Below are positions 1 through 17,010 of a DNA stretch of 64,000 nt, piece after piece. Origin of the DNA: Eledone cirrhosa (taxonomy: Eukaryota); NCBI GenBank assembly GCA_964016885.1, contig OZ024742.1:247008001-247072000 (forward strand), read 5' to 3'. Position numbers and translations under genes: made by a program. Under the pieces are notes generated by a model. It was given only the letters and a program-made list of their open reading frames with translations, was not told the origin of the DNA and searched no databases. Each line of letters opens with the position of its first letter. The stretch's first letter is position 1.

Positions 1-685
1 CAATTGTCGATTTCTGTTCAGCCATGCTGCTTGTAGCATGAATTGTAAAATGGATTCAGTATTTAGATGGGTATCGATACGATTTTGTATAAAAGATGCC
101 TCCTTCAATGAATATAATTAGAAGAATACTAGTTATTCAACACGATGCGGAATTTATGTCGGGGATAGTATTCATCTTAAATTTAATGAATAGTCTCCCA
201 CGCTTGGCCCAGATGTTCTGCTAGAAGATGGGTCGCAGGTGGTGGATAGCGATATCAGCGGGCACCAGATATGATGGCTATTTACGATATAAGCAGGTAA
301 CTGGTGGACAAATAAATAACTCCAGACCAACAACGGTAAAGTACTAGGGGAGATGGAGAAATGGGCGACACTTGTAGCTCCCAAGAAAACTTTCACAACC
401 AAGTGACGTATCTACGACGAGGCGAGTTAACGCCGGTTTTAAAAAGCCTAGTTTTCGCAGGTTTGACAAATACCAGATTGGTGACTGGCGCGAATAAATC
501 CACTGAATCTGAAACTGCAATATGGTGAGGAAAACATAGAAAAAACATACCACATCGTCCTTCGTGAGGGTTAACAAGGGATATGTTCAGGCCTTAGGTA
601 GAGGGGCCTGTTCGAAAAATATATTGCTCTTCTCCATTCCGCAAAAACTGACGATGGGCTTGCGACCTGTCCTGGGAGGCATGGG

Positions 686-2135
686 ATGGACGCACAAAGA
701 TTGCATAACCCGAAATACCAAAGAAGGTCCGAAAGGGAGCAAACCCTGACTGTTGGAATCTGGAACATCACATCCCTAACAGGTAAGGAGCAAGAACTAG
801 TGGAGGAGCCTAGATGCTATCGCCTAGATATAGTTTCCTCAACAAAGTTCCGTAGCTCTGACACGATTTGGGTGGAGGATGGAAACTCCACTATTCAGGT
901 GTGACACCAGAAATGAGTGCTCAAGCAGGAGTGGCGATTCTCACAAGGTCCCGGCTTTCAGAATGTGTTACGAACTCGATTCCTTTGAGAGGGAGGATTT
1001 GCCACATACAACTTAGGCTTAAAGATAGGTCTCTGTGGGTGGTGAAAATATATGCACAAAACAAAAAAGAGTCCGAATACAGGTCCTTCCATGATGAAGT
1101 CACTGCAGCGTTAAATGTAGTTAAGACTGAGTCATATATCTTGATGAGAGACTTCAATACACATGTTGGCACTGACAACCTGACATGCAAAGTAGTGATT
1201 GGAAGGAAAGTGCGAACCCGATCAAAATACGAATGGAGAGGCCTTGTTGGACATCTGTTCTAGCAATGGACTCTCTAGTATGAATACCCTCGGTTTCTGC
1301 TTCAGCTGTTAAATGTTGCTGGTGAAAGAGATTCAGTGTGGCGCTGAATGGCAGGAGAACACCTTGGTTCAACCAAGAGGTCAAAGATGACATCCGAGCA
1401 AAGCAGGTTTACAATTCTTGGCTTCGAAATAAGTCCTCCTTGCACTTGCGGTACAAGCAGGCACAAAAATCGCAGTAACGGCGTCCAAAGTTAAGACGTG
1501 GGAGGACTTTGGGGTTAGGCTGGAATCTGATCTCAGATCAGCAAATAAAGTGTTCTGGCAGACCATCCACCGACTTCGTAATAAGAAGCCCTCCCCCACA
1601 CCTCCTATTAAGAACGAATTGTCTGGCGTTCTCCTCTCTTAAGATAGGTGCATCCTCGCGAGGTGGAGAGAATACTTTGATGATCACAACACCATTTTTA
1701 GACGTACACGTTGTGCATCTGGGAGCTGTGACTAATCTCGCAGAGGCTGAGGTCACAAGAGCAAATAAAGAGCTCAAATGTGGCAAGGCCGCTGGGGTAG
1801 GTGAAATCCTGTAGAGATGCAGTGAGATTGTTGAGTCCAAGCTAGCCAAGGGACAGTGTGGTTTTCTTCCCGGACGCAGCACAACCGACCAAATGTTCAT
1901 ACTGCCGCAGGTATTCGGGAAATCGTGGGAGTATGGTCAAGAAGTATATTCTTGTTTTGTCGACCTTGAAAAGGCATATGACCTGCTGTGGAAACCTGTG
2001 CAGGAGTATTGGATTGATGGCCAGCTTCTTGCTGTCCTGATGTCCATATCCAAATGCCCGAGTGCTTGTGTTGGGATACATGGTGCTAAATCGAAACCAT
2101 TCAATGTGGGAATTGGTCCTCTGGGTCGTAATTGA
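686..2135 (+). mobile_element. Decayed RTE-clade (Expander/Rex3-like) LINE fragment: APE endonuclease plus partial RT
   Basis: Broken ORFs with GIWNITSLTGKEQELVEE (APE N-terminus), RDFNTHVGTD, CGKAAGVGEI and CFVDLEKAYD (RT); many frameshifts and stops. Confidence 0.85.
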
Positions 2136-4273
2136 CATTCAGCACCTCCGACTTGAACGAGGTGAGCCGAGGACGATTCTCGCCAGAGAAGGAACCACCG
2201 ATCACAGATAGTGGCAGAGAGTTTCCACAGGCCCACCCAACGTGGCATTATCCAGGTACTTCCTGCCTACCCTTCCCTCTCATCACAGACGAATTCTGTG
2301 AACACATCACAAACTTCCCTTACCAACACTTGCACAGACAAAAACACAAGCCAAACCTCAACAAGAAAGAATGGGAACAATTAAATAGATTAAAAACCGA
2401 CAGAACCATTACAATTAAAGAGGCTGATAAAGGGAGTACAGTAGTCCTAATGGAGACTGAATTCTATATCAACTTAGCGCCCTCCACTTTGGAAAACGAA
2501 ACATACTACGAAAAGGCTGAACACTACGATCAACAGAAAATTATGAGAAACCTAAAAACTCTGATCAACCAATACAAAGAAGGACTCACTAACAAGGAAT
2601 TCAGCTTCATCACAGACTTCACAAGTAAATCCAGCCTTTTCTACGGTATCCCTAAAGTACATAAAAGCGAATTAATAAGTAAGGCATGCAAGGAAGCCAC
2701 AGACATAGTCATCAATGTCCCCTCACCCAATGATCTCAAATTAAGACCTATAATAGCAGGCCCCGCTTGCGAAACCCACCGCCTCAGCAACTTCATTGAT
2801 ACCCTTCTCAAGCCTTTTCTCAAACACATCAACAGCTATATAAGGGACGACCTAGATATGCTTAATCACCTCCCTAATATGCAACTTTCTGAACAAACCC
2901 TACTAGTGACGTTCGATGTAGTCAACCTATACTCCAACATCCCCCACAACCTAGGAATAGAAGCTATCCAATTCTGGCTGGATAATTACCACAATGAACT
3001 CCCACAACGCATCAAAAAAGAATTCGTGTTAGAGGGACTCAAATTTATCTTGGAGAACAATTACTTCGTTTTCAATAACAAACCCTACAGGCAGAAATCT
3101 GGGACCGCTATGGGAACGAAAACAGCCCTCACTTATGCCAACCTAGTCATAGGATACCTGGAAATCACCCTCTACACTAAAGTCCTAAACAAATTTGGAA
3201 ACACTCCCCACTTACACATAGAAAGGAACTGGAAGCGATATCTAGATGACTGCTTCATCCTTTGGCACGAAAACATCGAGAAACTTAAAGAATGTCACAC
3301 CCTTATAAATGGGCTCAACACGAATATTAACTTCACGATGGAATACAGCCATTAACAACTCCTCTTCCTCGACATCCTCATTAAGATCCATAACAAAAAA
3401 ATAGAAACAGACATATACTACACGCCCACATACTCCAAGCAATATCTTCCTTTCAACTCTTGCCACCCTAGACACGTTAAAATTAATATTCCCTACAACT
3501 TAGCCAAGAGAATCTGTACTATAGTCTCCAATAAAAACACCTGCTACTTACGGCTACAAGAACTAAAGGACACACTCATAGGCAGGGACTACCCTGCATC
3601 ACTAATTGACAATGTAATCCAACGTGCCCTAAAACTCAGTACCCAGGACCTTAGACACCCTAAAGTAAATCAACCAAAACTAAAAGCTCTTCCATACATC
3701 TCCACACACAACCCCTCAACAATGAGGCCTTTGACACCATCCTCCAGAACATCCCTGTGTTGAAAAAGGCCCATAGAATGAACCAAATCCTACAAACACA
3801 CGATATCATAAAGAGCAAAAGACAATCTAAGTCAATGAAAAACATCCTAACACATGCCAAAGTAATGCCAACCACAACAACGAAACCCACAGTAAAATGC
3901 GATAGACCCAACTGTGGCATTTGCATCAACCTAATAGAGGGTTCGGAATTCTATTTCAAAGAAGGACAACGTTTTACAGTAAAACACAATTTCACATGCG
4001 CATCAAAAAATCTTGGTTGTCGAGAACAATACATAGGCCAGACCAAAAACAGCCTCCGCCAACGCATGACTGTCCATAGATCCCAAATTAAAATACGGGA
4101 ATACAGGAAAATACCACTGAGTGAACACATTGATACCTCTGCGCCCCAAATCATCCCAACTTCAGAATCTTTCCCCTCTACAAATTTAAAGATAATGCCA
4201 CCCACACCCAGCGCATCAGCAAGGAATCTTACTTTATTGACAAATACGGACCCCGTCTAAACACTTCTCCCTA
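2132..4273 (+). pseudogene. PLE RT-GIY-YIG polyprotein, disrupted
   Basis: 407 aa ORF ends at TAA 3353-3355 (CAA in copy 2); frameshift near 3705; small deletion in the GIY-YIG domain near 4013. Confidence 0.85.
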
Positions 4274-4489
4274 AGATGAACCCACAACATACACACGTCA
4301 ACATACATACCTACATCAGCATACATATCTACCCACATATAAACACAATGACATAAGTAAACACACATGTTCTATGGTGCAACACAAATATACACACATT
4401 TTCAGACCTTTTGATGTCTATAGATATAAACGTGCCGACACACACACATGCATAAATGCACACATGCATTGCACACTGATGGGCACATA

Positions 4490-4760
4490 CATATTTGTGC
4501 ACAGGTATTCCAATACGGCAAGGCCTAATGAATTCCCCTTGCAGTACGTACAATCTGGACACACTCCAGATACATATTTGTGTACAGGTATACAATTTCT
4601 GGACACACTCCAGATACATGTGTACAATTTGTGCACAGGTATACAATTTGTGCACGGGTATACAAGTTCTGGACGCACTCCAGATACATATTTGTGCACA
4701 GGTATTCAAATACGGCAAGGCTTAATGGATCCCCCTTGCAATACGTACAATCTGGACACA
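4490..4760. repeat. Degenerate minisatellite (tttgtgcacaggtatacaa / tctggacacactccagatacata units)
   Basis: Visible tandem units; absent from the equivalent UTR position of PLE copy 2. Confidence 0.7.
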
Positions 4761-4979
4761 CTCACACACACCTTGGTATTATGCCAATACTATATATCAT
4801 TTCACACCTTTTATTATTAAGGTTTTTGATGTTCTATTGAGAGAATCGATTTTACTGAAAATATCGAATAATGTACACCATTTTAACAGAAATGAATACT
4901 GATCCACCCACACACACACACATTCTCTCTCTCACACACACACACACATATATACACACACACATACACACGCGTACAT

Positions 4980-5053
<74 letters not shown>

Positions 5054-5284
5054 CTCCGTATAAGACAAGAGCTGAAAAAATATCTTTTAACATGTTAAAA
5101 TATCCCCCACACACTTACAGACACACTAACATACAAAGAGACACACACACACACACACGCACACACACACACACTTCTCCGTATAAGATAAGAGGTGAAA
5201 AAATATCTTTTAACATGTTAAAATATACCCCACACACTTACAGACACATTCCTACTGACCATCCCTCTACCACGAATTACTCTG

Positions 5285-5337
<53 letters not shown>

Positions 5338-5707
5338 TCTTAATAGGCATTTGAACTGTAAACAGGCTGCGGTTCGCACACACATCCCTGCTGACCATTA
5401 TCACAGCAACGAACCTCTTTACTACTACTACTACACACACACACACACACACACATATTTGTTGTGAAAGACTTATCTCTCAGTCAGCCGACACAAACCT
5501 ACATTTGGCGCAAAATCAATTTTTTACATTCACATGACCTCTACCGACCAATCAAAATTGTTTTGACCACAAGAATTTTTGCAACACGAATTGGCGCAAC
5601 ACTTATTTTAATACCGCTGGAGCCACTTTTTTTAACATAAAAACAGGTAGAATTCCCAAAACTAATCAGATCAGAGCAAACATCACGGACGCTCTATCTC
5701 AAAATTA

Positions 5708-5743
5708 TTTTTGAAAAGCATTAGAAATGCGCAACCGGTAGAA
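5708..5743 (+). ncRNA. Degenerate minimal hammerhead-like motif in PLE 3' UTR
   Basis: ttt-TTGAAAA-gcat(tagaa)atgc-GCAA-ccgg-TA-gaa; GAAA box reads GCAA here and in copy 2 (11699-11735). Confidence 0.45.
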
Positions 5744-5856
5744 CTTAAAACCAAAACTTAATACTAACCAGCTATTTATTACTAATTATCACTTATTCCT
5801 AATTAAACTATTTTTCACTGTGAACAATTTGTCAGCACTTTCTATTCCGTTTACCA

Positions 5857-5941
<85 letters not shown>

Positions 5942-5966
5942 CACACACACATATATAGAGAGAGAT

Positions 5967-6109
5967 ATAACGATGGACCATAACACACCAGAGTACTCAA
6001 TATTTAGGGTAGTAGAGTGGGTAATAGGAAAAAGTATGACCCTGACGGCAGAGCTCAAGCCATTTCGACGGCTATTTCTGGTCCAGAAATCAGAAATAGC
6101 CGTCGAAAC

Positions 6110-6110
<1 letters not shown>
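5967..6110 (-). mobile_element. Short PLE terminal-repeat (pLTR) fragment with fold-back, same family as 55513-57200
   Basis: Matches 29161-29356, 38866-39056, 55513-55608 and 57140-57200; flanked by microsatellites. Confidence 0.8.
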
Positions 6111-6167
<57 letters not shown>

Positions 6168-6169
6168 AC

Positions 6170-6310
6170 GACGAGTTTATGCAGTTTCTGTCCGACAAAT
6201 TTCACTAACAAAGCATTGGTTAGCATGAAGCTATAATAAAAGACACTTGCCCAAGGTGACACGTTGTTGGAGTGACCGCGAAACCACTTGATTGCGAGGC
6301 GAAATTATTC
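6170..6310 (-). mobile_element. Degenerate tRNA-derived SINE
   Basis: Reverse complement contains cttgggcaagtgtctt...tatagc...gaaatttgtcggacagaaactg; related decayed copy near 7930-8020. Confidence 0.55.
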
Positions 6311-6381
6311 ATCACATAGTTGCTCCTGTATGTATGTATGTATATATATGCATGTATGTATGTATATATGCATGTATGTAT

Positions 6382-6740
6382 ATGATATAACACCTGCAAC
6401 CCTGATGGTATCCAATGATGTTGACTTGTTCTTCTTTTTGGTAAATATCATCTTGGTTAAGAGAGTGGGACTGGCTTTGTGCAGTGCCTTTGCTCACTAT
6501 AAAAGCTTCACGTCACAGGCATTGCTTTATATCTGGAGATCTCTCTGCACTTGTCGTCACATGGTACCATGGGCCCAGCACTATGTGTCAATAATTGTCA
6601 CAAGTGTAGTGTTTGTGCCAGAGTTTTCAAGTTGCTGGCTTGACTAAAAAGTCACACTTGTTCAGCGCATCGGTAGGGGTTCTCCTACATGGATATAAAG
6701 TAGTGGCCGTACTCGAAAACGAGTTGGCAGCCACCACCAT
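6382..6740 (+). mobile_element. Non-coding interspersed retroelement (family X), 5'-truncated
   Basis: Near-identical to 10433-10785 and 52811-53164; all end in ...ctcgaaaacgagttggcagccacc followed by a microsatellite. Confidence 0.85.
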
Positions 6741-7719
6741 GTATGTGTATAGTTAAACACGCTATAATATATATATATGTGTGTATATATATAAGTATAT
6801 ATATGTGGGTGTGTGTACATCTATCTACCTATATATATGTGTTTGTGTGTGTGTGTTTGTGTGTGTGTGTATGTTTGTGGTGTGTGTGTACACGCATTCC
6901 GCTTACTCCCACACTGTCCCTATGTATCTCAACCCTCCTCTTCACTATTTCTCTGTGGCTTATGTTTGTCTTTCTATTTGTGCCTGTGTTTCTTTCTCCC
7001 AGTCTGAAATCATTACAGTATATTACTTAGCAAAATTGCAATACTTACTCCGTTTAACGTTGAGATAATTGTAGAAATTATCAGAAGTTAATTTTACGAC
7101 CAACACTTTGGAAATTGGGCCAGCCTAGCTGTTATTTTCTCTTTACGTGAGACAAGAGATAGCTCTATCACATAAATACATAACCTAAGAACTATTGTTG
7201 TTTAAACTATATCTAAATATAGTTCAATGTTATGGTTGGAAGTTCCAGGTTGAAAAGTATGTCTGCTGGAATATTCTAAATTGATAGTACATGAGTTAGG
7301 AACTATTGTAGTGTAAGCTTTAAATTACATTTTCTAAATCCATGGCAATACTTTACCATACACCTACATGTCAAATACTGGCGAAACCGGTGGAGCATCT
7401 TACAAAATGTCTTGTTCTGTTTAGCTATGGTCATTACATGGTGTGCTTAAAATCTAGTTGTGGTCACGTATTGTATACTATTGCGCTAATATTGTAAAGT
7501 AACAGAGGTCACCTTTGTCTTTCATCCCTAAGGTGTTCATAAAATAAAGTACCAGTCAAATACTGGAGAAAATTTGATCACATGTTCTTTAAGATATTGC
7601 AGATGAGGATCTTGAATGCGTCTTTATAGTTCTGCTTGGCTTTAAACTATGAATTAGTGTATAAACTTCCACCACCAAGAGTATAAGACGTCATGTGAAC
7701 CCCAGGTAATAGATTCTAA

Positions 7720-7880
7720 GACATAATACTGGAAGGACCAGATGATGCCTTGTCCCCTTCATCAAGACACTTTTTCTCACGTTTCTCCAGTTTACTAAGC
7801 TGTAAAAATGAGTTACAACGTCACTCGTGCCAAGTTGTGTCTTCCATAAAAACACCATGTCCCGGCTTGTGCATCGGAGA
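7720..7880 (+). mobile_element. Degenerate CORE-type SINE fragment
   Basis: caagacactttttctcacgtttctccag core resembles 38590-38630 and 46255-46310. Confidence 0.5.
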
Positions 7881-8457
7881 GGAACTTTCTAGTTGCAATT
7901 CGTGACCAAATTGGCGTTTTTACTTTCTATCACACTGTTTGGCATCTTTGGCAAGTTTTTTCATCAGTCTTGGGCCAACCCAAGCCATGTAAATTAAAGC
8001 GTAGTAGACGAAAACTGGTTCGAGGCTCATGGTAACGTTTTAACTAGTAATTCAAAGGTCCGGCTTTATTGCGTTTTGTGCAACGCTGATTTGGCTTCAG
8101 AATTACGTTAAAGCTATACATATACGTGCATAGTTACACGTATAACATTCGACCCCTTAATTCACGAGACAGACATTTAGTTGAGGCAATGGCCGAATGT
8201 ACATCGTCGATTTTGCAGTATATATGCCATAGAAGAACAGTAACAGTTTTCATTCTACCAGGTCTGGAGGTTCTCTCTTCTGTCTTCCATTTTATGTTTG
8301 AGTTCATGTAATCCTGTTAAATAATTCTGAAAATAACACCTGCTTTAAATCGCTTTGTCATGTATCATAATTAGATGACAGGGCTGGGCCTTTGAAATAT
8401 GTATAGTGCTTTCGCGAATTTTAAAATTCTCAATTTTCCAGTCAGACCTACTGTTAT

Positions 8458-8528
<71 letters not shown>

Positions 8529-8731
8529 TACTGTTTGGTTTTCAAAATTGTTTAAATTTATGTTTACTATTCAACAATGCTTCAAGCAAACTACAATATT
8601 CTAATATATAGATATATATTCTGATAGTCAACCTATACTCCAACATCCCCCACAACCTAGGAATAGAAGCTATCCAATTCTGGCTGGATAATTACCACAA
8701 TGAACTCCCACAACGCATCAAAAAAGAATTC

Positions 8732-10006
8732 GTGATAGAGGGACTCAAATTTATCTTGGAGAACAATTACTTCGTTTTCAATAACAAACCCTACAGGCAG
8801 AAATCTGGGACCGCTATGGGAACGAAAACAGCCCCTACTTATGCCAACCTAGTCATGGGATACCTGGAAATCACCCTCTACACTAAAGTCCTAAACAAAT
8901 TTGGAAACACCCTCCACTTACACATTGAAATGAACTGGAAGCGATATCTAGATGACTGCTTCATCCTTTGGCACGAAAACATCGAAAAACTTAAAGAATT
9001 TCACACCCTTATAAATGGGCTCAACACAAATATTAACTTCACGATGGAATACAGCCATCAACAACTCCCCTTCCTCGACATCCTCATTAAGATCCATAAC
9101 AAAAAAATAGAAACAGACATATACTACAAGCCCACAGACTCCAAGCAATACCTCGCCTTCAACTCTTGCCACCCTAGACACGTTAAAATTAATATTCCCT
9201 ACAACTTAGCCAAGAGAATCTGTACTATAGTCTCCAATAAAAACATCTGCTACTTACGGCTACAAGAACTAAAGGACACACTCATAGGCAGGGACTACCC
9301 TGCATCACTAATTGACAATGGAATCCAACGTGCCCTAAAACTCAGTACCCAGGACCTTAGACACCCTAAAGTAAATCAACCAAAACTAAAAGCTCTTCCA
9401 TACATCTCCACACACAACCCCCTCAACAATGAGGCCTTTGACACCATCCTCCAGAACATCCCTGTATTGAAAAAGGACCATAGAATGAACCAAATTCTAT
9501 GAACACACGATATCATAAAGAGCAAAAGACAATCCAAGTCAATGAAAAACATCTTAACACATGCCAAAGTACTGCCAACCACAACAACGAAACCCACAGT
9601 AAAAAAATGCGATAGACCCAACTGTGGCATTTGCATCAACCTAATAGAGGTTTCGGAATTCTATTTCAAAGATGGACAACGTTTTATAGTAAAACACAAT
9701 TTCACATGTGCATCGGAAAATCTAATATATGTATTAACTTGTTCAGGTTGTCGAGAACAATACATAGGCCAGACCAAAAACAGCCTCCGCCAACGCATGA
9801 CTGTCCATAGATCCCAAATTAAAATACGGGAATACAGGAAAATACCACTGAGTGAACACATTGATACCTGTGCCGCCCAAAATAATCCCAACTTCATAAT
9901 CTTTCCCCTCTACAAAGTTAAAGATAATACCACCCACACCCAGCGCATCAGCAAGGAATCTTACTTCATTAACAAATACGGACCCCGTCTAAACACTTCT
10001 CCCTAA
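8732..10006 (+). pseudogene. PLE RT C-terminal half plus GIY-YIG endonuclease, one in-frame stop
   Basis: ORFs 8732-9502 and 9542-10006 are in the same frame, separated by TGA at 9500-9502. Confidence 0.88.
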
Positions 10007-10175
10007 GACGAACCCACAACACACATACACACGTCAACATACATACCTACATCAGCACACATCTCTACCCACATAAAAACACAATGACACGTAAACACAC
10101 ATGCTCTATGGTGCAATACAAAAAAATATATGTGCATATATATGTATGTATATATGTATATATATATATATATTA

Positions 10176-10785
10176 TGTCAGCTCACCAGTTGGTGCTACT
10201 GGTAACATGTATCCCAGTACAACCTGTCTCATGGTCGGGTCGTTGGCGACTAAACTGGCAACCCCACCAAGGTTTCTTGGTGAGGAGGGTGACTTTGGAC
10301 ATCCTGCAGGACTAAAAACAAAACCTATCAAAGGGCAAAGGAGCTCTTAAGAGTCAATGGCCATCCAAAGTCACTGGGAAAGATGACCCCTTAGCCTTTG
10401 TCAAGGCAGAATTCTAGGAGAAGGAAAACTCTGATGTAACACCTGCAACCTTGATGGTATCCAATGATGTTGACTTGTTCTTTTTGGTAAATATCATCTT
10501 GGTTAAGAGAGTGGGACTGGCTTTGTGCAGTGCCTTTGCTCACTATAAAAGCTTCACGGCACAGGCATTGCTTTATATCTGGAGATCTCTCTGCACTTGT
10601 CGTCACATGGTACCATGGGCCCTGCACTATGTGTCAATAATGGTCACAAGTGTAGTGTTTGTACCAGAGTTTTCAAGTTGCTGGCTGGAATAAAAAGTCA
10701 CATTCGTTCGGCGCATCGGTAGGGGTTCTCCTACATGGATATAAAGTAGTGGCCGTACTCGAAAACGAGTTGGCAGCCACCACCA
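10176..10785 (+). mobile_element. Family X, longest copy (putative RTE-derived bipartite non-autonomous element), nested in a (TA)n tract of the PLE UTR
   Basis: Contains ctaggagaaggaaaactctga (RTE 5' UTR-like motif); no credible ORF; 3' end resembles the RTE tail at 63056-63095. Confidence 0.75.
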
Positions 10786-10955
10786 TATATATATATATAG
10801 TGAATATGTGTATATGTGTGTGTATATATATATATATAGTGAATATCATTTCACACCTTTTATTGTTAAGATTTTTGATGTTCTATTAAGAGAACCGATT
10901 TTACTGAAAAAATCGAATAATGTACACCATTTTACCAGGGGGAAAAAATACTGGT

Positions 10956-11000
<45 letters not shown>

Positions 11001-11128
11001 CACAAACACATACACACGCGTACATCAACATACAAAGAGACTTATACACACACACACACACACACATACGCACGTCTCCGTATAAGACAAAAGCTGAAAA
11101 ATATCTTTTGACCTTCGAATGACTCTGC

Positions 11129-11223
<95 letters not shown>

Positions 11224-11294
11224 ATCTTAATAGCCATTTGACACACATCGCTGCTGGCCATTGTCGCAGCATCGAACACCTTACTACTACTACT

Positions 11295-11327
<33 letters not shown>

Positions 11328-11957
11328 CACACACACACACATACACACACACACATACACACACACACACACATATTTGTTGTGAAAGAGTCATTTCTCA
11401 ATCTTGACGCAAAACCAATTTTTTATCCACATGACCTCTACCGACCAATCAAAATTGTTTTGACCAAGAATTTTTGCTGGAGCCACTTTTTTAACATTTT
11501 AACATAAAAACAGTCTTGGCGCAAAATCAACTTTTTACATTCACATGACCTCTACCGACCAATCAAAATTGTTTTGACCACAAGCATTTTTGCAACACAA
11601 AAATAACGCTGGAGCCACTTTTTTAACATAAAAACAGGTAGAATTCCCAAAACTAATCAGATCAGAGCAAACAGCACGGACACTCTATCTCAAAATTATT
11701 TTTGAAAAGCATTTAGAAATGCGCAACCGGTAAAAACTTAAAAACTTAAAACCATAACTGAATACTAACCCATACAATCACTAATACTCTTTTATTCCTA
11801 ATTAAACCATTTTTCAACTGTGAACAATTTGTCAGCATTTTCTATTCCGTTTACCAATATATATATATATATATATATACATATAAATGAACACATATGT
11901 ATGAATGTATATATACATACACACACACAAACACACACACACACACACATACACACA

Positions 11958-12038
<81 letters not shown>

Positions 12039-12067
12039 ACACACACACACAAACACACACACACGCG

Positions 12068-15424
<3,357 letters not shown>

Positions 15425-15524
15425 GGTTTGAGGTTCACCACTGGATAGAGCTGGCCAATTCCGTATGGTCTTTGATTTTCAGCCCCATGGATTTTTTCTA
15501 TTACATTCACTTATTATATTTCGA

Positions 15525-15582
15525 ATACCTGATGATATCACCGGATTCATACGGAACCCGGTCATTGAAATTATCATAGTAT
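15525..15582 (+). ncRNA. Type I hammerhead ribozyme motif in a (TA)n-flanked fragment
   Basis: atac-CTGATGA-tatcaccgg...ccggtcatt-GAAA-ttatca-TA-gtat. Confidence 0.65.
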
Positions 15583-16027
15583 AATAAACCTTTCAAGGAT
15601 TTACACAAATCCAGCCTCCTATAATTTCATTATAATAATTATAAGAATCTTGCTAAACAAATTCAGAAACGAAATATATATATATATATATATATATATT
15701 CAGGTTTGAGGTTCACCCCTCTTGCTTGCCTATATCTGACCAGTAGTAGTTGCCTTCCTCTTTTAGCTGACATTAACCCTGACTTCTCTTCTTCTTTCTT
15801 CCCCCTTCTTCTCCTTCCTTTCTTTCTTTCTTTTACCTTGTGTCATGGGATCGACGTTAACCTATGCTCCCATCCCTTTCTGTTTTCGTTCATCTGACCG
15901 GTAGTAGCATACTATAAAATTTAGCCACGTCACTCCAGGGCGACCGGCTGAGGTTGAAGGAACAGAATAGCGGGCGCCCTTTCAAGGATTTACACAAATC
16001 CAGCCTCCTGTCATTTCATTATAATAT

Positions 16028-16084
<57 letters not shown>

Positions 16085-16313
16085 CTTTGGGAGGGCCATG
16101 TTGCCAATAAGAAACACACGTACCAGTTGCTTTCACTCCAATTTATTATAAATTTAAAAAAAATTTATAAATTTCCGGTTGGTTGGTTCGACAACCGGAC
16201 GGTTGTTCAAATATTGTCAAAGTTCTTTCGTCACACATTATGTGACCTCTTCATTGACTGGGGATTCTTTTCTTTGTTTTGTGCCTCTCTTTTGTTTTGT
16301 CCTACGCCATCTT

Positions 16314-16495
<182 letters not shown>

Positions 16496-16746
16496 TAAGT
16501 AAGTATGTTTTTGAAACAGTGAGCAGGTTTGAAATTAGATCTTTTTCTATTTATCTGAGGGTTCTAAAGCCCATTATCAGGCTAAAATTCCTTTAGTCAA
16601 AAATACGGTGAAACCTATTCTATTTTATAATATATATATATATAAATATATATATATAAGCAGAAGGATATTCAATTTGTTGGTAATTCAACAAATATGA
16701 ATGTTTAGAACTGATTCAGAGCACTCGACAGATTTTCTGGAGTATC

Positions 16747-17003
16747 ATATTCAATGATATTAAATAAATGGAACCTATTTATAAAACCATATTTATTCTA
16801 TTATATATTTCAAGGGTACCATCATTTTGGTACGCTATCATCAGATGAAATACGAAAGGTGTTTTATAAATTTTGACATAACCAAGGAAAATATACCTTA
16901 ACGGTTCAAGTTCTCCTTGGATAGTGGTACCCTTGAAATATATATAATAGAATAAATATGGTTTTATAAATATAGGTTCTATTTATTTAATATCATTGAA
17001 TAT
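16747..17003. repeat. Inverted repeat (~75 bp arms) of a PLE-type terminal repeat, with minus-strand HHR at ~16797-16849
   Basis: Arms 16747-16821 and 16925-17003; minus strand ttcat-CTGATGA-tagcgtacca..tggtaccctt-GAAA-tata-TA-atagaa; related copy at ~22430-22570. Confidence 0.75.
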
Positions 17004-17010
17004 ATATATA

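Larger units (their letters stand above)
2285..5858 (+). mobile_element. Penelope-like element (Neptune-like), copy 1, 5'-truncated, with microsatellite-rich 3' UTR
   Basis: IKEADKGS, FYGIPKVHK, FDVVNLYSNIP, GTAMGTK, RYLDDCF (PLE RT); CDRPNCGIC linker and YIGQTKNSLRQRMTVH (GIY-YIG). UTR 4274-5858 aligns to the UTR of the copy at 8624-11858. Confidence 0.9.
8624..11858 (+). mobile_element. Penelope-like element (Neptune-like), copy 2, 5'-truncated
   Basis: Highly similar to 2918-5858; RT C-half plus complete GIY-YIG (NLIYVLTCSGCREQYIGQT); ends in (TA)n. Confidence 0.92.

Noticed and set aside
1-680. Moderate-GC sequence upstream of the RTE fragment as a host exon
   Set aside because: No sustained ORF or recognisable motif; may be RTE 5' region or another decayed element.
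6288-6647. Recurrent ORF MVSNDVDLFF... (also 10451 and 52832) as a conserved small protein
   Set aside because: Similarity reflects recent copies of one repeat; indels differ between copies and no domain is recognisable.
9500-9502. In-frame TGA in the PLE ORF as possible selenocysteine or readthrough codon
   Set aside because: Copy 1 has CAA here; both fit CpG decay of CGA. Not a Cys position and no SECIS seen.
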